A DNA stretch of 64,000 nt from NCBI GenBank assembly GCA_017465545.1, contig JAFTVY010000054.1:4613-68612 (forward strand), in the 5' to 3' direction. The translations under genes and the position numbers were made by a program. This DNA comes from Ruminiclostridium sp. GTDB taxonomy: Bacteria; Bacillota; Clostridia; Oscillospirales; Ruminococcaceae. Below the pieces are notes generated by a model. It was not told the origin of the DNA, did no database searches, and saw nothing but the letters and a program-made list of their open reading frames with translations. Positions 28,266 through 38,100 of this stretch are shown here, in pieces; positions within the stretch are counted from its first letter, which is position 1, and each line of letters opens with the position of its first letter.

Positions 28266-29516
28266 TTATTCCTTTATCATTTTTCTCATAACCGAGGCAA
28301 GGTAGAGTGAGCCGGTTATCATTGCATAGCCCTTTTCTCCTGCCTTGTCGCAAAGCTTTTCAAGAGCAGCGGATAGATCCTCCTCGCACTGTGCCACCGC
28401 ACCAAGAGTCTGTGCAAACTGCATAAGCTCTTCTTTAGGCACACAGCCGTCTGCAAAGCCGTCTATGAATATTACTTCTGCGAATACCGGTAATATCTCC
28501 TTTAACGCACCCTGCCAGTCCTTGCTTTTAAGCATACCGATAACGGCATAAACGGGGCGCTTGTCAAGGGCCAGAAGCTCTCTTGCCGCTCTCATAGCGG
28601 AAGGGTTGTGAGAGCCGTCGATTATATAACGGGTATCGTCCTTACGTATCATTTCCATTCTTGCAGGAAGAACAGACTTTTCCAGTCCCGTGAATATCTG
28701 CCCGTACTGAAGTCCTAACTTTCTGCAGGCTTCTATTGCACAAAGGGCATTCATTATCTGGTGCTTGCCCGACATCATAAGGTGGTAATTACTGCCCTTG
28801 TAGGAAAAGAACACCTCGCCTGCGTCCATATCTATTATCTGCATACGGTTTATATCAGGAATTATAAGCTCTGCTCCGAATCCCTTGGCTTTTGCTTCTA
28901 TAACCGAAGCCGCCTCTTCCGACATTACCGCCGCTACGCAGGGTACGGCAGGCTTTATAATTCCCGCCTTGTGAGAGGCTATTTCGGGGATGGTATCGCC
29001 AAGTAAGGCTGTATGGTCAAAATCTACTGAAGTAATAACGCTTATATCGGGAGTTATTACGTTGGTGCAGTCAAGAGTGCCACCGATACCGGTTTCTATT
29101 ACCGCATAATCTACCTGCTCCTTGCTGAAATACAGAAAGCCGATGGCGGTAAGTATCTCAAACTGTGAAAAGCCGTCTATACCGGTCTCGTCAACAGCCA
29201 CCTTTACCTGCTCGCAAAGGTGAGCAAAGGCGTGCCGTGAAATGCTCTTGTTGTTGAGCTGTATTCTTTCTTCTATACAGGTTATGTAGGGGGAGGTGAA
29301 TTTGCCTACGGTCTTTCCCGATTTATAAAGGGCATTGCTGATATATTCGGTGGTACTGCCCTTGCCGTTTGTTCCTGCTATATGTATGCTTCTGAAATCC
29401 GTGTGGGGATTTCCGAGCTGTCTCATAAGCACCACAAAACGGGCAAGATTCTCCATAGGCTTGCCTGATTTTGTATAGCTGTCTACGTAAGCAATTGCTT
29501 GCTCATAGGTCATCAT
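28266..29516 (-). CDS. folC: folylpolyglutamate synthase/dihydrofolate synthase
   Basis: HIAGTNGKGST, FTSPY, FEILT, ETGIGGTLDCTN, DHTALLG and DGSHNP motifs. Confidence 0.93.
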   Translation of the reverse strand: MMTYEQAIAYVDSYTKSGKPMENLARFVVLMRQLGNPHTDFRSIHIAGTNGKGSTTEYISNALYKSGKTVGKFTSPYITCIEERIQLNNKSISRHAFAHLCEQVKVAVDETGIDGFSQFEILTAIGFLYFSKEQVDYAVIETGIGGTLDCTNVITPDISVITSVDFDHTALLGDTIPEIASHKAGIIKPAVPCVAAVMSEEAASVIEAKAKGFGAELIIPDINRMQIIDMDAGEVFFSYKGSNYHLMMSGKHQIMNALCAIEACRKLGLQYGQIFTGLEKSVLPARMEMIRKDDTRYIIDGSHNPSAMRAARELLALDKRPVYAVIGMLKSKDWQGALKEILPVFAEVIFIDGFADGCVPKEELMQFAQTLGAVAQCEEDLSAALEKLCDKAGEKGYAMITGSLYLASVMRKMIKE

Positions 29517-29542
29517 CTGATGTTGTCCTTTCTCTGAAGGGG

Positions 29543-29959
29543 TTATGACTTCATAAGTCCGATAAAGCTTCTTGCCTTGTTTACAATGAGCTTGTCATTG
29601 TCATAGGCAAGTAAATTGTGCGCCTGACCTATCTCTACCCAGCGTATATCTGCAATCTCCTCAAGCTGAGGGATATAGTCGTAGTTTCTTGCTCTTGCTA
29701 CGAAATAGACAACCTCTTTTCTGGCGTCCTTGCGGGGTGAGTAGGTTACCGTCTCTCTGAAGCCTGCGTCAATATAAACGTCGATGTTGGTTTCTTCCTT
29801 TATCTCTCTCTTTGCAGTCTCTTCCTCTGTCTCATCTCCCTCGACGTGTCCCTTGGGAAAAGACCAGTAGCCGGATTTCAGGTGTTTTATCAGCAATATT
29901 TCGGTATTGCCGTGAAACTTCCTGTAAACTATGCCACCACAGGATTTTTCATAAATCAT
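29543..29959 (-). CDS. NUDIX hydrolase (Ap4A hydrolase-like)
   Basis: Nudix box GHVEGDETEEETAKREIKEETN; YEKSCG start. Confidence 0.9.
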   Translation of the reverse strand: MIYEKSCGGIVYRKFHGNTEILLIKHLKSGYWSFPKGHVEGDETEEETAKREIKEETNIDVYIDAGFRETVTYSPRKDARKEVVYFVARARNYDYIPQLEEIADIRWVEIGQAHNLLAYDNDKLIVNKARSFIGLMKS

Positions 29960-30144
29960 ACTATGATGATTCTCCTTTCCATTCCGCCTATTATCTGCGG
30001 ATAAATTATAACTAACCTATAGTATACCACAGATTTTCTCTTTTGTCTATAAAAATTTGCCATTTCTTAATTCAAAACCGAAATTTCCCGAAGCAAAATA
30101 AAAGGAAAAAGCCTGAGAATGAAGTCATTCCCAGGCTTTGTTTA

Positions 30145-31440
30145 TCAGCTTTTCAGCTCGTTTTGTGCCTTTTTATAAAGATACTCGGTAGCAAACTGGA
30201 TTTTCGTTGCATTGAAGCCGTCACTCTTCGGAAAAAGAAAATAGGTGTTATCAAGAGTGGACAGCGTTATGCATTGTCCCTTGCCACGATAATCATATTC
30301 GGTATGTACCGACAGCATAGAAAGAGGAGGAAAGGTCATAGTCTGCTCTTTGTCAGAGCCGTAATCGGTGAAGGTAAGTGAAAAGCCGTTTTCGTCGTGT
30401 ATAAGTCTTCCTTCGCCACAGTCGATGAAATTCTTCGCATTGGGCAGGGCGTGTATTTCTACCGTGCAGTTAAGGCTGTAATTCCCGCTGTCTATTTCTT
30501 TCTCGACCTCTTTTCTCTGCCATTCGTACCAGTCGGGAATATGAGATAGCGGAAATTCCGAATCGTTCTTCAGCATCCTGCCGTACTCGGTCATATAGTA
30601 TCTGCTGTGACAGTTTTGGCAGATGATCTCTGCGCCCTTGCTTGTCATAGAAAACTCGGTATCGCAATCAGGACAACGATAAAGCACCTTATGAAGTCCC
30701 TCGGCACGGAAGTTATCGGTTATCGCCATTTTGTTATCATACTGCCATTTATATTCGTCATAGGTGAGATATTCTGACACTCTTTTTTGTATCTCGTCAA
30801 GGGAGAGACTTGCCGTTTCTTCCTTTGTGATAAGCTGGCAGATATCGGCGGAAAGCCGTACTTCCTTTCTTTTCTTTAAATTCCATATAGGCGACTGCAG
30901 ATAGTTGCCGTGCATATTTATCGTCACCACGGGAACTCCGAGCTTTTTTATCATCTTGCCGACAGATACGGGTATATCGGTGCTTGTGCCTACGTTTGCA
31001 TATCTTGCCTCGGGGTAGATTACAAGTATCCCTTTACGCTCCAGCACTCTTCGGATATTCTTTACAAGTGCCATATCGTTTACGAATTTTCTCGTACCAA
31101 GACAGCCTACCTGCCTGTATATCCACTCTCCGAAATACTCAAAGCCTTCAAGCTCTGAGATATAATTTGCTCTGTGGGGAAACAGCGCCAGCGGAGTAAC
31201 GTAAAAGTCCATAAAGGCGTGATGAGAGCCAAGCACTAAAAAGGGTGGCTTTAATCCCTTCATATTCCTTTTATTTATTTTAAGTCCCGTACCTGAGGTG
31301 AGCAGTCTGCACAGAAGCCATATAACGGGTGTCAGAAAGAAATTCTGCTTTGGCGGTATGCGGTGACGGTCAAAGGGAGTAGTATCGATTTTACCCCGCT
31401 TTCTGACAGTAAGAATGCTTTGTCCTTTTATATTCTTCAT
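30145..31440 (-). CDS. PlsC-like acyltransferase with C-terminal extension
   Basis: SHHAFMD and YPEA acyltransferase motifs; CPDC/CQNC zinc ribbon. Confidence 0.75.
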   Translation of the reverse strand: MKNIKGQSILTVRKRGKIDTTPFDRHRIPPKQNFFLTPVIWLLCRLLTSGTGLKINKRNMKGLKPPFLVLGSHHAFMDFYVTPLALFPHRANYISELEGFEYFGEWIYRQVGCLGTRKFVNDMALVKNIRRVLERKGILVIYPEARYANVGTSTDIPVSVGKMIKKLGVPVVTINMHGNYLQSPIWNLKKRKEVRLSADICQLITKEETASLSLDEIQKRVSEYLTYDEYKWQYDNKMAITDNFRAEGLHKVLYRCPDCDTEFSMTSKGAEIICQNCHSRYYMTEYGRMLKNDSEFPLSHIPDWYEWQRKEVEKEIDSGNYSLNCTVEIHALPNAKNFIDCGEGRLIHDENGFSLTFTDYGSDKEQTMTFPPLSMLSVHTEYDYRGKGQCITLSTLDNTYFLFPKSDGFNATKIQFATEYLYKKAQNELKS

Positions 31441-32865
31441 TTATATAGTTATATCCTCTCTGTCCTTTAAAAGATAGCGTTTTATCGGCGGTACAAGGCT
31501 TAAAAGAAAATACAGCAGTCCAGTACCGATAAAGGAAAATCCCGTTGGAGTAAGATAGAAAAGCACCATATTGTGTATCTCGCCTGTAATGGGATTGTAC
31601 ACCATAAGCGACATTATAACGCCTGCCACAATGCATAACAGTCCCACTATATTAAAGCCCTTCGTATAATCATACGCCTTATGACCTTTAAGACCGAAGG
31701 CGGCACGGATGGAGAATTTCTGCCGTCTTACAAAGAAGAAATCCACAAATAAAAGTGCGGCAAGGGGAGCGTATATGCAAGCGCCTATCGTAAGGAAGGA
31801 GCCGAAGAATTCTATTATTCTGCCCCAGATACAAAGTAAGGTCACGTACAGCCCCAGTATCAGTATAAGCAGGGTATAGCTTGCCTTTTTAAAGGAGGAT
31901 TTCAGCATAACGCCGTAGATGTAAGAGCCTACCGCCTGAGTTCCTATATTGGCAAAGGCTACAAGGAGAAGCGAGCTGAAGGCAAGTGCAGGTACTGATA
32001 ACGTAGCCAGCATTACAGTAGGATCGTCTACCATTTCTCCCGTTACGTACTGCATAGCTATAGACATAACTGCGCCTACCACTACAAAGAAGGAACCTGA
32101 AAAGCCCTGACCGAGTACACCTGCCCAGAAGCCTGAATTTTCGTTCTTTGTTATTCTCGGCACCTCTGCCATACCGCCCACAAGGGTTATTACAAAGGCA
32201 AAGTTTGCTTCAATGGAAATTATGTAGGGGATTATATTAAGCTCACCCTCAGGTCTTGCAGGCTTGTAGTTCCAGATTGCATCAAAGGGTACAGAAGAAA
32301 AGCCGACTATTACTACCACTACGCCCAGCAGTAAAAGTAAGGGTACTAAAATTCTTGTGGTCCAGGTGATAGCACCCAGTCCCTTATATGCTATAAGAGT
32401 ACCTATAACTACGCAGAGTATTGCCAGTACCGTATGCGCTCCGTCAGGCAGGGTAATGCCGAACAGCCCCGCAAGATTTCCCATCGACGAGGCGAAAAGA
32501 TCCGCACACACCGCATACCAGGGGTAATTTATCAGAATTATTATAACTGTCATAACCAGTATTCCGTTTTTGCCGAACACACTCCGTAGCCATACCCATA
32601 TATCTATGCCGTAGCGTACCGACAGTATGACGGGTAGCTGATAGATGACAAGCATCAGTATCGCACCGAAAAATGCACCGATAAGCAGCTGTTTAAAGCC
32701 TACAAGGGTAGCAAGATAAGTACCCTGAGTATAGCTCCAGGTGGCTATGCAGTAGCCTGAAAGTATAAGAAGGGCGTCTATAAAGCCGTAGAGCTTTTCC
32801 TTTTTCAAAACGGGAGCTATGCCGAAGAACGCCTCTTTTTCTACCGATTTATTTACGTTGCTCAT
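31441..32865 (-). CDS. NCS1 (cytosine/purine/thiamine) permease family
   Basis: About 12 TM segments; NYPWYAV, DPTVML and YAPLAALLFVDFF motifs. Confidence 0.8.
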   Translation of the reverse strand: MSNVNKSVEKEAFFGIAPVLKKEKLYGFIDALLILSGYCIATWSYTQGTYLATLVGFKQLLIGAFFGAILMLVIYQLPVILSVRYGIDIWVWLRSVFGKNGILVMTVIIILINYPWYAVCADLFASSMGNLAGLFGITLPDGAHTVLAILCVVIGTLIAYKGLGAITWTTRILVPLLLLLGVVVVIVGFSSVPFDAIWNYKPARPEGELNIIPYIISIEANFAFVITLVGGMAEVPRITKNENSGFWAGVLGQGFSGSFFVVVGAVMSIAMQYVTGEMVDDPTVMLATLSVPALAFSSLLLVAFANIGTQAVGSYIYGVMLKSSFKKASYTLLILILGLYVTLLCIWGRIIEFFGSFLTIGACIYAPLAALLFVDFFFVRRQKFSIRAAFGLKGHKAYDYTKGFNIVGLLCIVAGVIMSLMVYNPITGEIHNMVLFYLTPTGFSFIGTGLLYFLLSLVPPIKRYLLKDREDITI

Positions 32866-32876
32866 ATTTATCCCCC

Positions 32877-33050
32877 TTACGTTATAAACGCTCCGCCTAT
32901 AACAAAGGCAAGGCATATCACGCCGACAAGGGCGGTAAATATATAGTCTTTCTTTGAAAAGCGGCGGGGAAATTCGTAATTGTCCTCTTCCATCACCGCA
33001 ATTCGTCTTTCTATTTCATTATTAAGCTCTGTTAAGTCTGTCTTTTTCAT
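32877..33050 (-). CDS. 57-aa single-TM protein (not in ORF track)
   Basis: MKKTDLTELNNEIERRIAVMEEDNYEFPRRFSKKDYIFTALVGVICLAFVIGGAFIT*, with an AAGGA RBS, directly upstream of the permease. Confidence 0.75.
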   Translation of the reverse strand: MKKTDLTELNNEIERRIAVMEEDNYEFPRRFSKKDYIFTALVGVICLAFVIGGAFIT

Positions 33051-33060
33051 AATATATCCT

Positions 33061-33894
33061 TTATTTAAAAATCATCGTTGCCCAGAACTTCAGTATTTCG
33101 GGAAGATCCGGGAATTTCGCATTTATAAGGGCAAGAACGCTTTCAGAATCGGTAACCGATATATCGCTTAAATTCTGTAAAAGCATAGTTTCATCACCCT
33201 TTACAACGTAGCCTACCGCTACCGGAGCGTAAGCTACTCCGCCTATAGAAACGTGGGTAGAAAAGGCACAGCCTGCAACCGATACAACGCCGAAGCCGAT
33301 ACCCGAAAGATTCATTATTCCGACGCCGATACCTGCTATAGCAACGATACCCGCACTTATACAGCCTACTGACAGCAATGCCAGAGCAAGCACACCGAAG
33401 GCTATAACGCCCAGCGACAGTACGCCTATGCTGATAAGTCCCTTCGCAATAAGTCCCACGGAAAATATACCCGTAGCAAAATTTCCTATGGCGATTACGC
33501 CCTTTGCCTTGTAGCCACCAAAACCGCAGTTTATATGTACAAGCGGCAGATTCTTTATCTTAAGTCGGCTTTCATATTCCAGATGAAAGGAGCTTTCAGA
33601 AGAGCCGCTTTCTGCAGGAAGAGAAGACTCCTCCTTTTCGCTTTCAACGGCTTCTTCAGAAGGAATATCCTCTTTTTTGCCGCTTATAAGCTCATCGGTA
33701 GAAACTGAGAAAAACTGACTTATCGTTACAAGGTTCAGCATATCAGGGTAGGCGGTACCCTTTTCCCATTTGGAGATAGTCTGTCTTGATACCGACAGCA
33801 TTTCTCCCAGCTCCTCCTGGGAAAGTCCCTTTTCTTTTCTTAAATTCTGAAAATTTTCGCTGAACTGCATTTGTCTGTTTTCCAAAATACCCAC
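33061..33894 (-). CDS. XRE-family HTH fused to a Gly-rich membrane domain
   Basis: LRKEKGLSQEELGEMLSVSRQTISKWEKG followed by GVIAIG-type repeats. Confidence 0.85.
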   Translation of the reverse strand: MGILENRQMQFSENFQNLRKEKGLSQEELGEMLSVSRQTISKWEKGTAYPDMLNLVTISQFFSVSTDELISGKKEDIPSEEAVESEKEESSLPAESGSSESSFHLEYESRLKIKNLPLVHINCGFGGYKAKGVIAIGNFATGIFSVGLIAKGLISIGVLSLGVIAFGVLALALLSVGCISAGIVAIAGIGVGIMNLSGIGFGVVSVAGCAFSTHVSIGGVAYAPVAVGYVVKGDETMLLQNLSDISVTDSESVLALINAKFPDLPEILKFWATMIFK

Positions 33895-33928
33895 TCCTGT
33901 CCGATTATACCCTTATGGTGAGGGTGTC

Positions 33929-34474
33929 TTACAGAAGCATTGTTACCCAGCTTCTGAAGGGCTCCCATATACCGGGCAATGCTTCGTTTATTATACTGTT
34001 GAAGGCGTCTGCTCCGCTTTGCATAAGCGTTCCTATATCCGCAACCGACAGACTTACTTCTGCCTTTGTAACAAGTCCCATGGCTACGGGAGCTATGGCA
34101 AAGCCACCGAAGGCGACCTGACCGCCTACCGCTACACCGCCTACGCTGGCAACTCCTAAGGCAATACCGCCAAGGGAGAATATGCCTGCGGCAATACCGC
34201 CTATTGCGATAATTCCCAGCGAAAAGCCTGCCGAAACAACAGCACCAAGTCCTATAAGACCTATAACGAACAGTCCCAGAGAGATAAGTCCCAGAGAAAA
34301 TCCACCCATTGCTATAAGTCCTATTGAAATAACTCCCTTACTCACGTTGCCTATAGCGACAACGCCCTTTGCTGTTTTCGCTCCCACTCCTATGCTTATT
34401 GATACAAGAGGGAGCCTGCCTATCATTTTCTTACTGCTGTATTCGTACTTCAGCTTCCTTATTTTTTCTACCAC
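33929..34474 (-). CDS. stand-alone Gly-rich membrane protein, paralogue of the neighbour's C-terminal domain
   Basis: EY.S...I..LPLV.I..G....AKGV.AIGN shared with 33061-33894. Confidence 0.8.
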   Translation of the reverse strand: MVEKIRKLKYEYSSKKMIGRLPLVSISIGVGAKTAKGVVAIGNVSKGVISIGLIAMGGFSLGLISLGLFVIGLIGLGAVVSAGFSLGIIAIGGIAAGIFSLGGIALGVASVGGVAVGGQVAFGGFAIAPVAMGLVTKAEVSLSVADIGTLMQSGADAFNSIINEALPGIWEPFRSWVTMLL

Positions 34475-34743
34475 CGTAATACCTCCTTTGCTGTGGTTTT
34501 TACAATGGTAATTCTAAATCAGAAGCGGAATTTTTTCAAGAAATCAACGTTTCCTTTTGTGTAAACAACTGTTGACATCCGCATTGTTATGCGGAAAATG
34601 AGCTGTTATTCCATAGATGATTATATCACTACTGCAATAAATTGTCAAATTAAATAACGAAGGTATTTGCACCCTGGATATTGACAACGAGGGTAAAAGT
34701 GGTAAAATTATATATAGTAATTTTTTTATAAAGGGAGGCTGTT

Positions 34744-35160
34744 ATGAATATAAAGGTAAAAATAAAGCAGATAGGTTCACGTCGTGACAGGATCGGCGAG
34801 GTACCCTTTATGATAGAAAACAGACCTGACACGGTGGCGGCATTTATAACAGAGTGCGTAAAAACTCTTGTAGCTCTGCAAAAAGACAGAATAAATAAAA
34901 GCAAGCTAAAGCCCTTGTCCGAAGCCGAGCTTGAAGCTATGAGCGAGGTAGGAAAAATTGCCTTCGGCGAGCTATTTAATAAAAAAGAAGCAGACTGTGA
35001 CGAGGCTGTCAGCAACGCTCTTAAAGCCTATGAGGACGGGTTGTTCCGTATATTTATAGACGAAGCAGAAGCAGGTAGCCTTAATGACAGTATAGAAATC
35101 AGTGATGACAGCGTAGTGACCTTTATAAAGCTTACTATGCTTGCAGGCAGACTTTGGTAA
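34744..35160 (+). CDS. conserved hypothetical protein, possibly beta-grasp/ubiquitin-like
   Basis: GGAGG RBS; promoter at 34681-34708; C-terminus VTFIKLTMLAGRLW. Confidence 0.75.
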   Translation: MNIKVKIKQIGSRRDRIGEVPFMIENRPDTVAAFITECVKTLVALQKDRINKSKLKPLSEAELEAMSEVGKIAFGELFNKKEADCDEAVSNALKAYEDGLFRIFIDEAEAGSLNDSIEISDDSVVTFIKLTMLAGRLW

Positions 35161-35170
35161 AGGAGCAGAT

Positions 35171-38100
35171 ATGAAGATATTTTCTAAGGAAGAGCAGGCA
35201 AGAATCTTCGCCCTTGGTGATGATTATAATAAAAAGCTGATAGCAGAAAAGGGATTAAGACGGAAAAAGATAGGAAAAGAATATCTTTCCTTTATTGAAA
35301 TATCAGAGGACGATTCCTGCAATGAGACGTATAATATTTTCTGTCAGGCGCTTATAGAAGGGAAAATAAAAAAGCCTTCGGAATTTTTCAAAAAAGGCTT
35401 GTTCAGAAAAAACGGCTCTTCGCTTATCGGTACGGCAATAAGAAAGGAAAGGGCTGAGGACTTTCTTTATTATATAGACCATCTGGAGGAATACCCTTAT
35501 TCCGTATCCGCATACAGACGTTCCTTCCGCACGGCGGACAGGATAAACGTTGCCGAAAGGGTAAGGGAGGTAGTACGCACTCTGTGGCGCTTTGATGATA
35601 CCGACGCTGATATCTGCGATATACTTGAAGAAAATCTTCCTGAGGAGCAGATAGGCTACAGAAGGCGTTACCGCTACAGTCAGCCGGAGCTGGAGATAAT
35701 TATTGCGGCTGAAATCGATCTTGGCAATAAAAGGCTTATAAAACTGCTTACCGACGTTATAAGCTGTGAATCGGACGTGTTCCCGTCTGCCGAAATGATA
35801 AAGGGCATTGTAAAAAGCCATAATAACGAGCTTCATATTCTTCTGGGAAAGATGTTGCTTGCGGCAAGACTTCAGGAGGGATTGCGCCAGGCTATCTGCG
35901 AAAATATTGACTGCGGTACTGCAATGGCATTCAGTACTCTTTTTAAGGTAATTGAAGAAAACGATCTTATCAGATATTCGTCGGTAAAAAGAGCTGTAGG
36001 CACCTGGCTCGGGCTTATAAATCCCGATACCCGTGATCTGGAAAGAGTCAGCGCAAAGACTGTAAGGCTTATCTGCGAATGCCTTTGTGATATGGAAAAA
36101 AGAAAAGAATATCTTAAAGCTGAAGACAGTATGCAGATATACGTAGCGCTATGGTCCTGTGGCTTTTACGAAGTAACGGATATGATGAATCAGATACGTC
36201 TGCTGATTATAGAGGGCAGCAGACATCAGGCTTTGACTGCAGGTTATGCGGCAAGAAATATCGATAATAAAGGATTCTGTCACTTTACGGGTGCTATGGC
36301 GCTTGCAAAATATCAGGATGATACAGAAATGCTTGCGGTTTATCTTCCTTGCTTTATGAATGATGTATCAAGCAAAATAAGAACTGCCGTAAGAGTAAAC
36401 AGCGGAGCGTGGGTATATTGTGACGGCGGCTACAGATACGTGGCAAACGAAACGAATGATTACAGTGAGAAAACCACCTTCCCACTTAGCGATTATTTTA
36501 AAAACGACGAAGGTGCAAGGACGTATTATGAAATACTGAAAAATATACGTAGCAACGTAAAAAACAAGGAGCTTACCTTCTCACCCTGCATATTCCCCTG
36601 GTTTTCCGCTTCTCTCGAAAAGAGCGACATTGCATTGAGGCTCTGTGCTATCGCAGGCGGTCTTAACGATAACAAGATAACCGACGAAGCGGTAGCCTTT
36701 ATTCCCGAAATACAGGACGGAAGATTTGCCGCTCTCACACTGCTTCTTACAAAGCCCGAAACAATACTTCAGCGAAAGGCTCTTACATCCGCACTTTGTG
36801 ATAAGGAAAGCTATACTCGTTCTACCGCCTTTGAGGTTATAAAAAAGGCGGAGCTTGATGACGAAAACTACCTGCAGATGGAAGAAATGTTAAGATACAA
36901 GGCGGCTGACGCCAGAGGAAATCTTATAAGCCTTATTCTTGCAAGGGATGATAACAGTGTATATGCGTCAATAGAACGTCTTCTTTCTGATAAGAAGGAG
37001 GAAAGACGTACTGCGGCGCTTGATATGGTTATGCTTGTTTCAAAGGATGAGACGAGAACAGAGCTGTATCTTAAATGCATCGGGCTTGTAAAGAAAATTA
37101 CGTCGCCCACTACGAAAGAAAAAATACTGATAGAGGGTATTATCGGAACAGGCAAAGAGGAAGAGATAAAAGCTCCGTTATTTACTGTGGCGGATAAATA
37201 CATACCCGTAGTTTCAGATAACGACTTTTACAGAAGCTGTGTGGATCGCTTTATGCAGGTGTTCCCCTCCTCTGCGGTAGGGAATATCCTCTATCCTGAC
37301 AGCTATAAAAAGCCGTCTGCAAAGGGCGAATGCGCCGAAAAAACAGAAATATACGAAAAAATCGGAAAATTGTGCGCTCTTATAGAGGCACACGGCGAGG
37401 ATGAGTTCAGGGATTACTGCGACAGCGAAATATATACTGTAGGAAGTTGTAGTACCCATCAGTTTTATACAAAGGACGAAAACGGCAGAAGAACGGTTCC
37501 TTTAATGGATGTGTGGCAAAAATGGTTTGATGATAACGTAACCGACGAAGCTATGCTCATAAGACTTTATCTGCTGATTTCCGTACCTGCTATCAGTAAC
37601 GATTTTACGGATTTTGCGAAAAAGTTTATAGATACCCTTTACGGCAAGGGCTTCTCGGAATATACCCAAGGAAGCTACAGCGGTAAGGCAGGACTTATCG
37701 TAAGTGAGCTTATGCTGAAGGGCATAGGAACGGTATTATCCGAAACCTGCGAAAAGCTGGCGGTTGCCATTGCTCTATGGCTGTGTAAGGTAGCGGATGA
37801 GGATTTAGTCTACAGATATACCGTCAGAGGCTATGCAAACGAAAGTGTTTTGTATTCCCATAATCAGATAAGCGGTATTCTTACCTTTATGAGGGTAAAG
37901 AATGACGAAAGGGCAGAATATATACTGCCGCTGATTGTTACCGTCTATAACAGGACTGTAAAGAGATATGAAGAGCTTAAGGGCAATACTGCCCGCTATC
38001 TTTACAGCAGATTTAACGGACTTAATTCGCCTGATATATATGCCTATATCATTGCGGCATACCGTGGTATAATCAGTGAAAAGGCTCTCTACTGCTTTAT

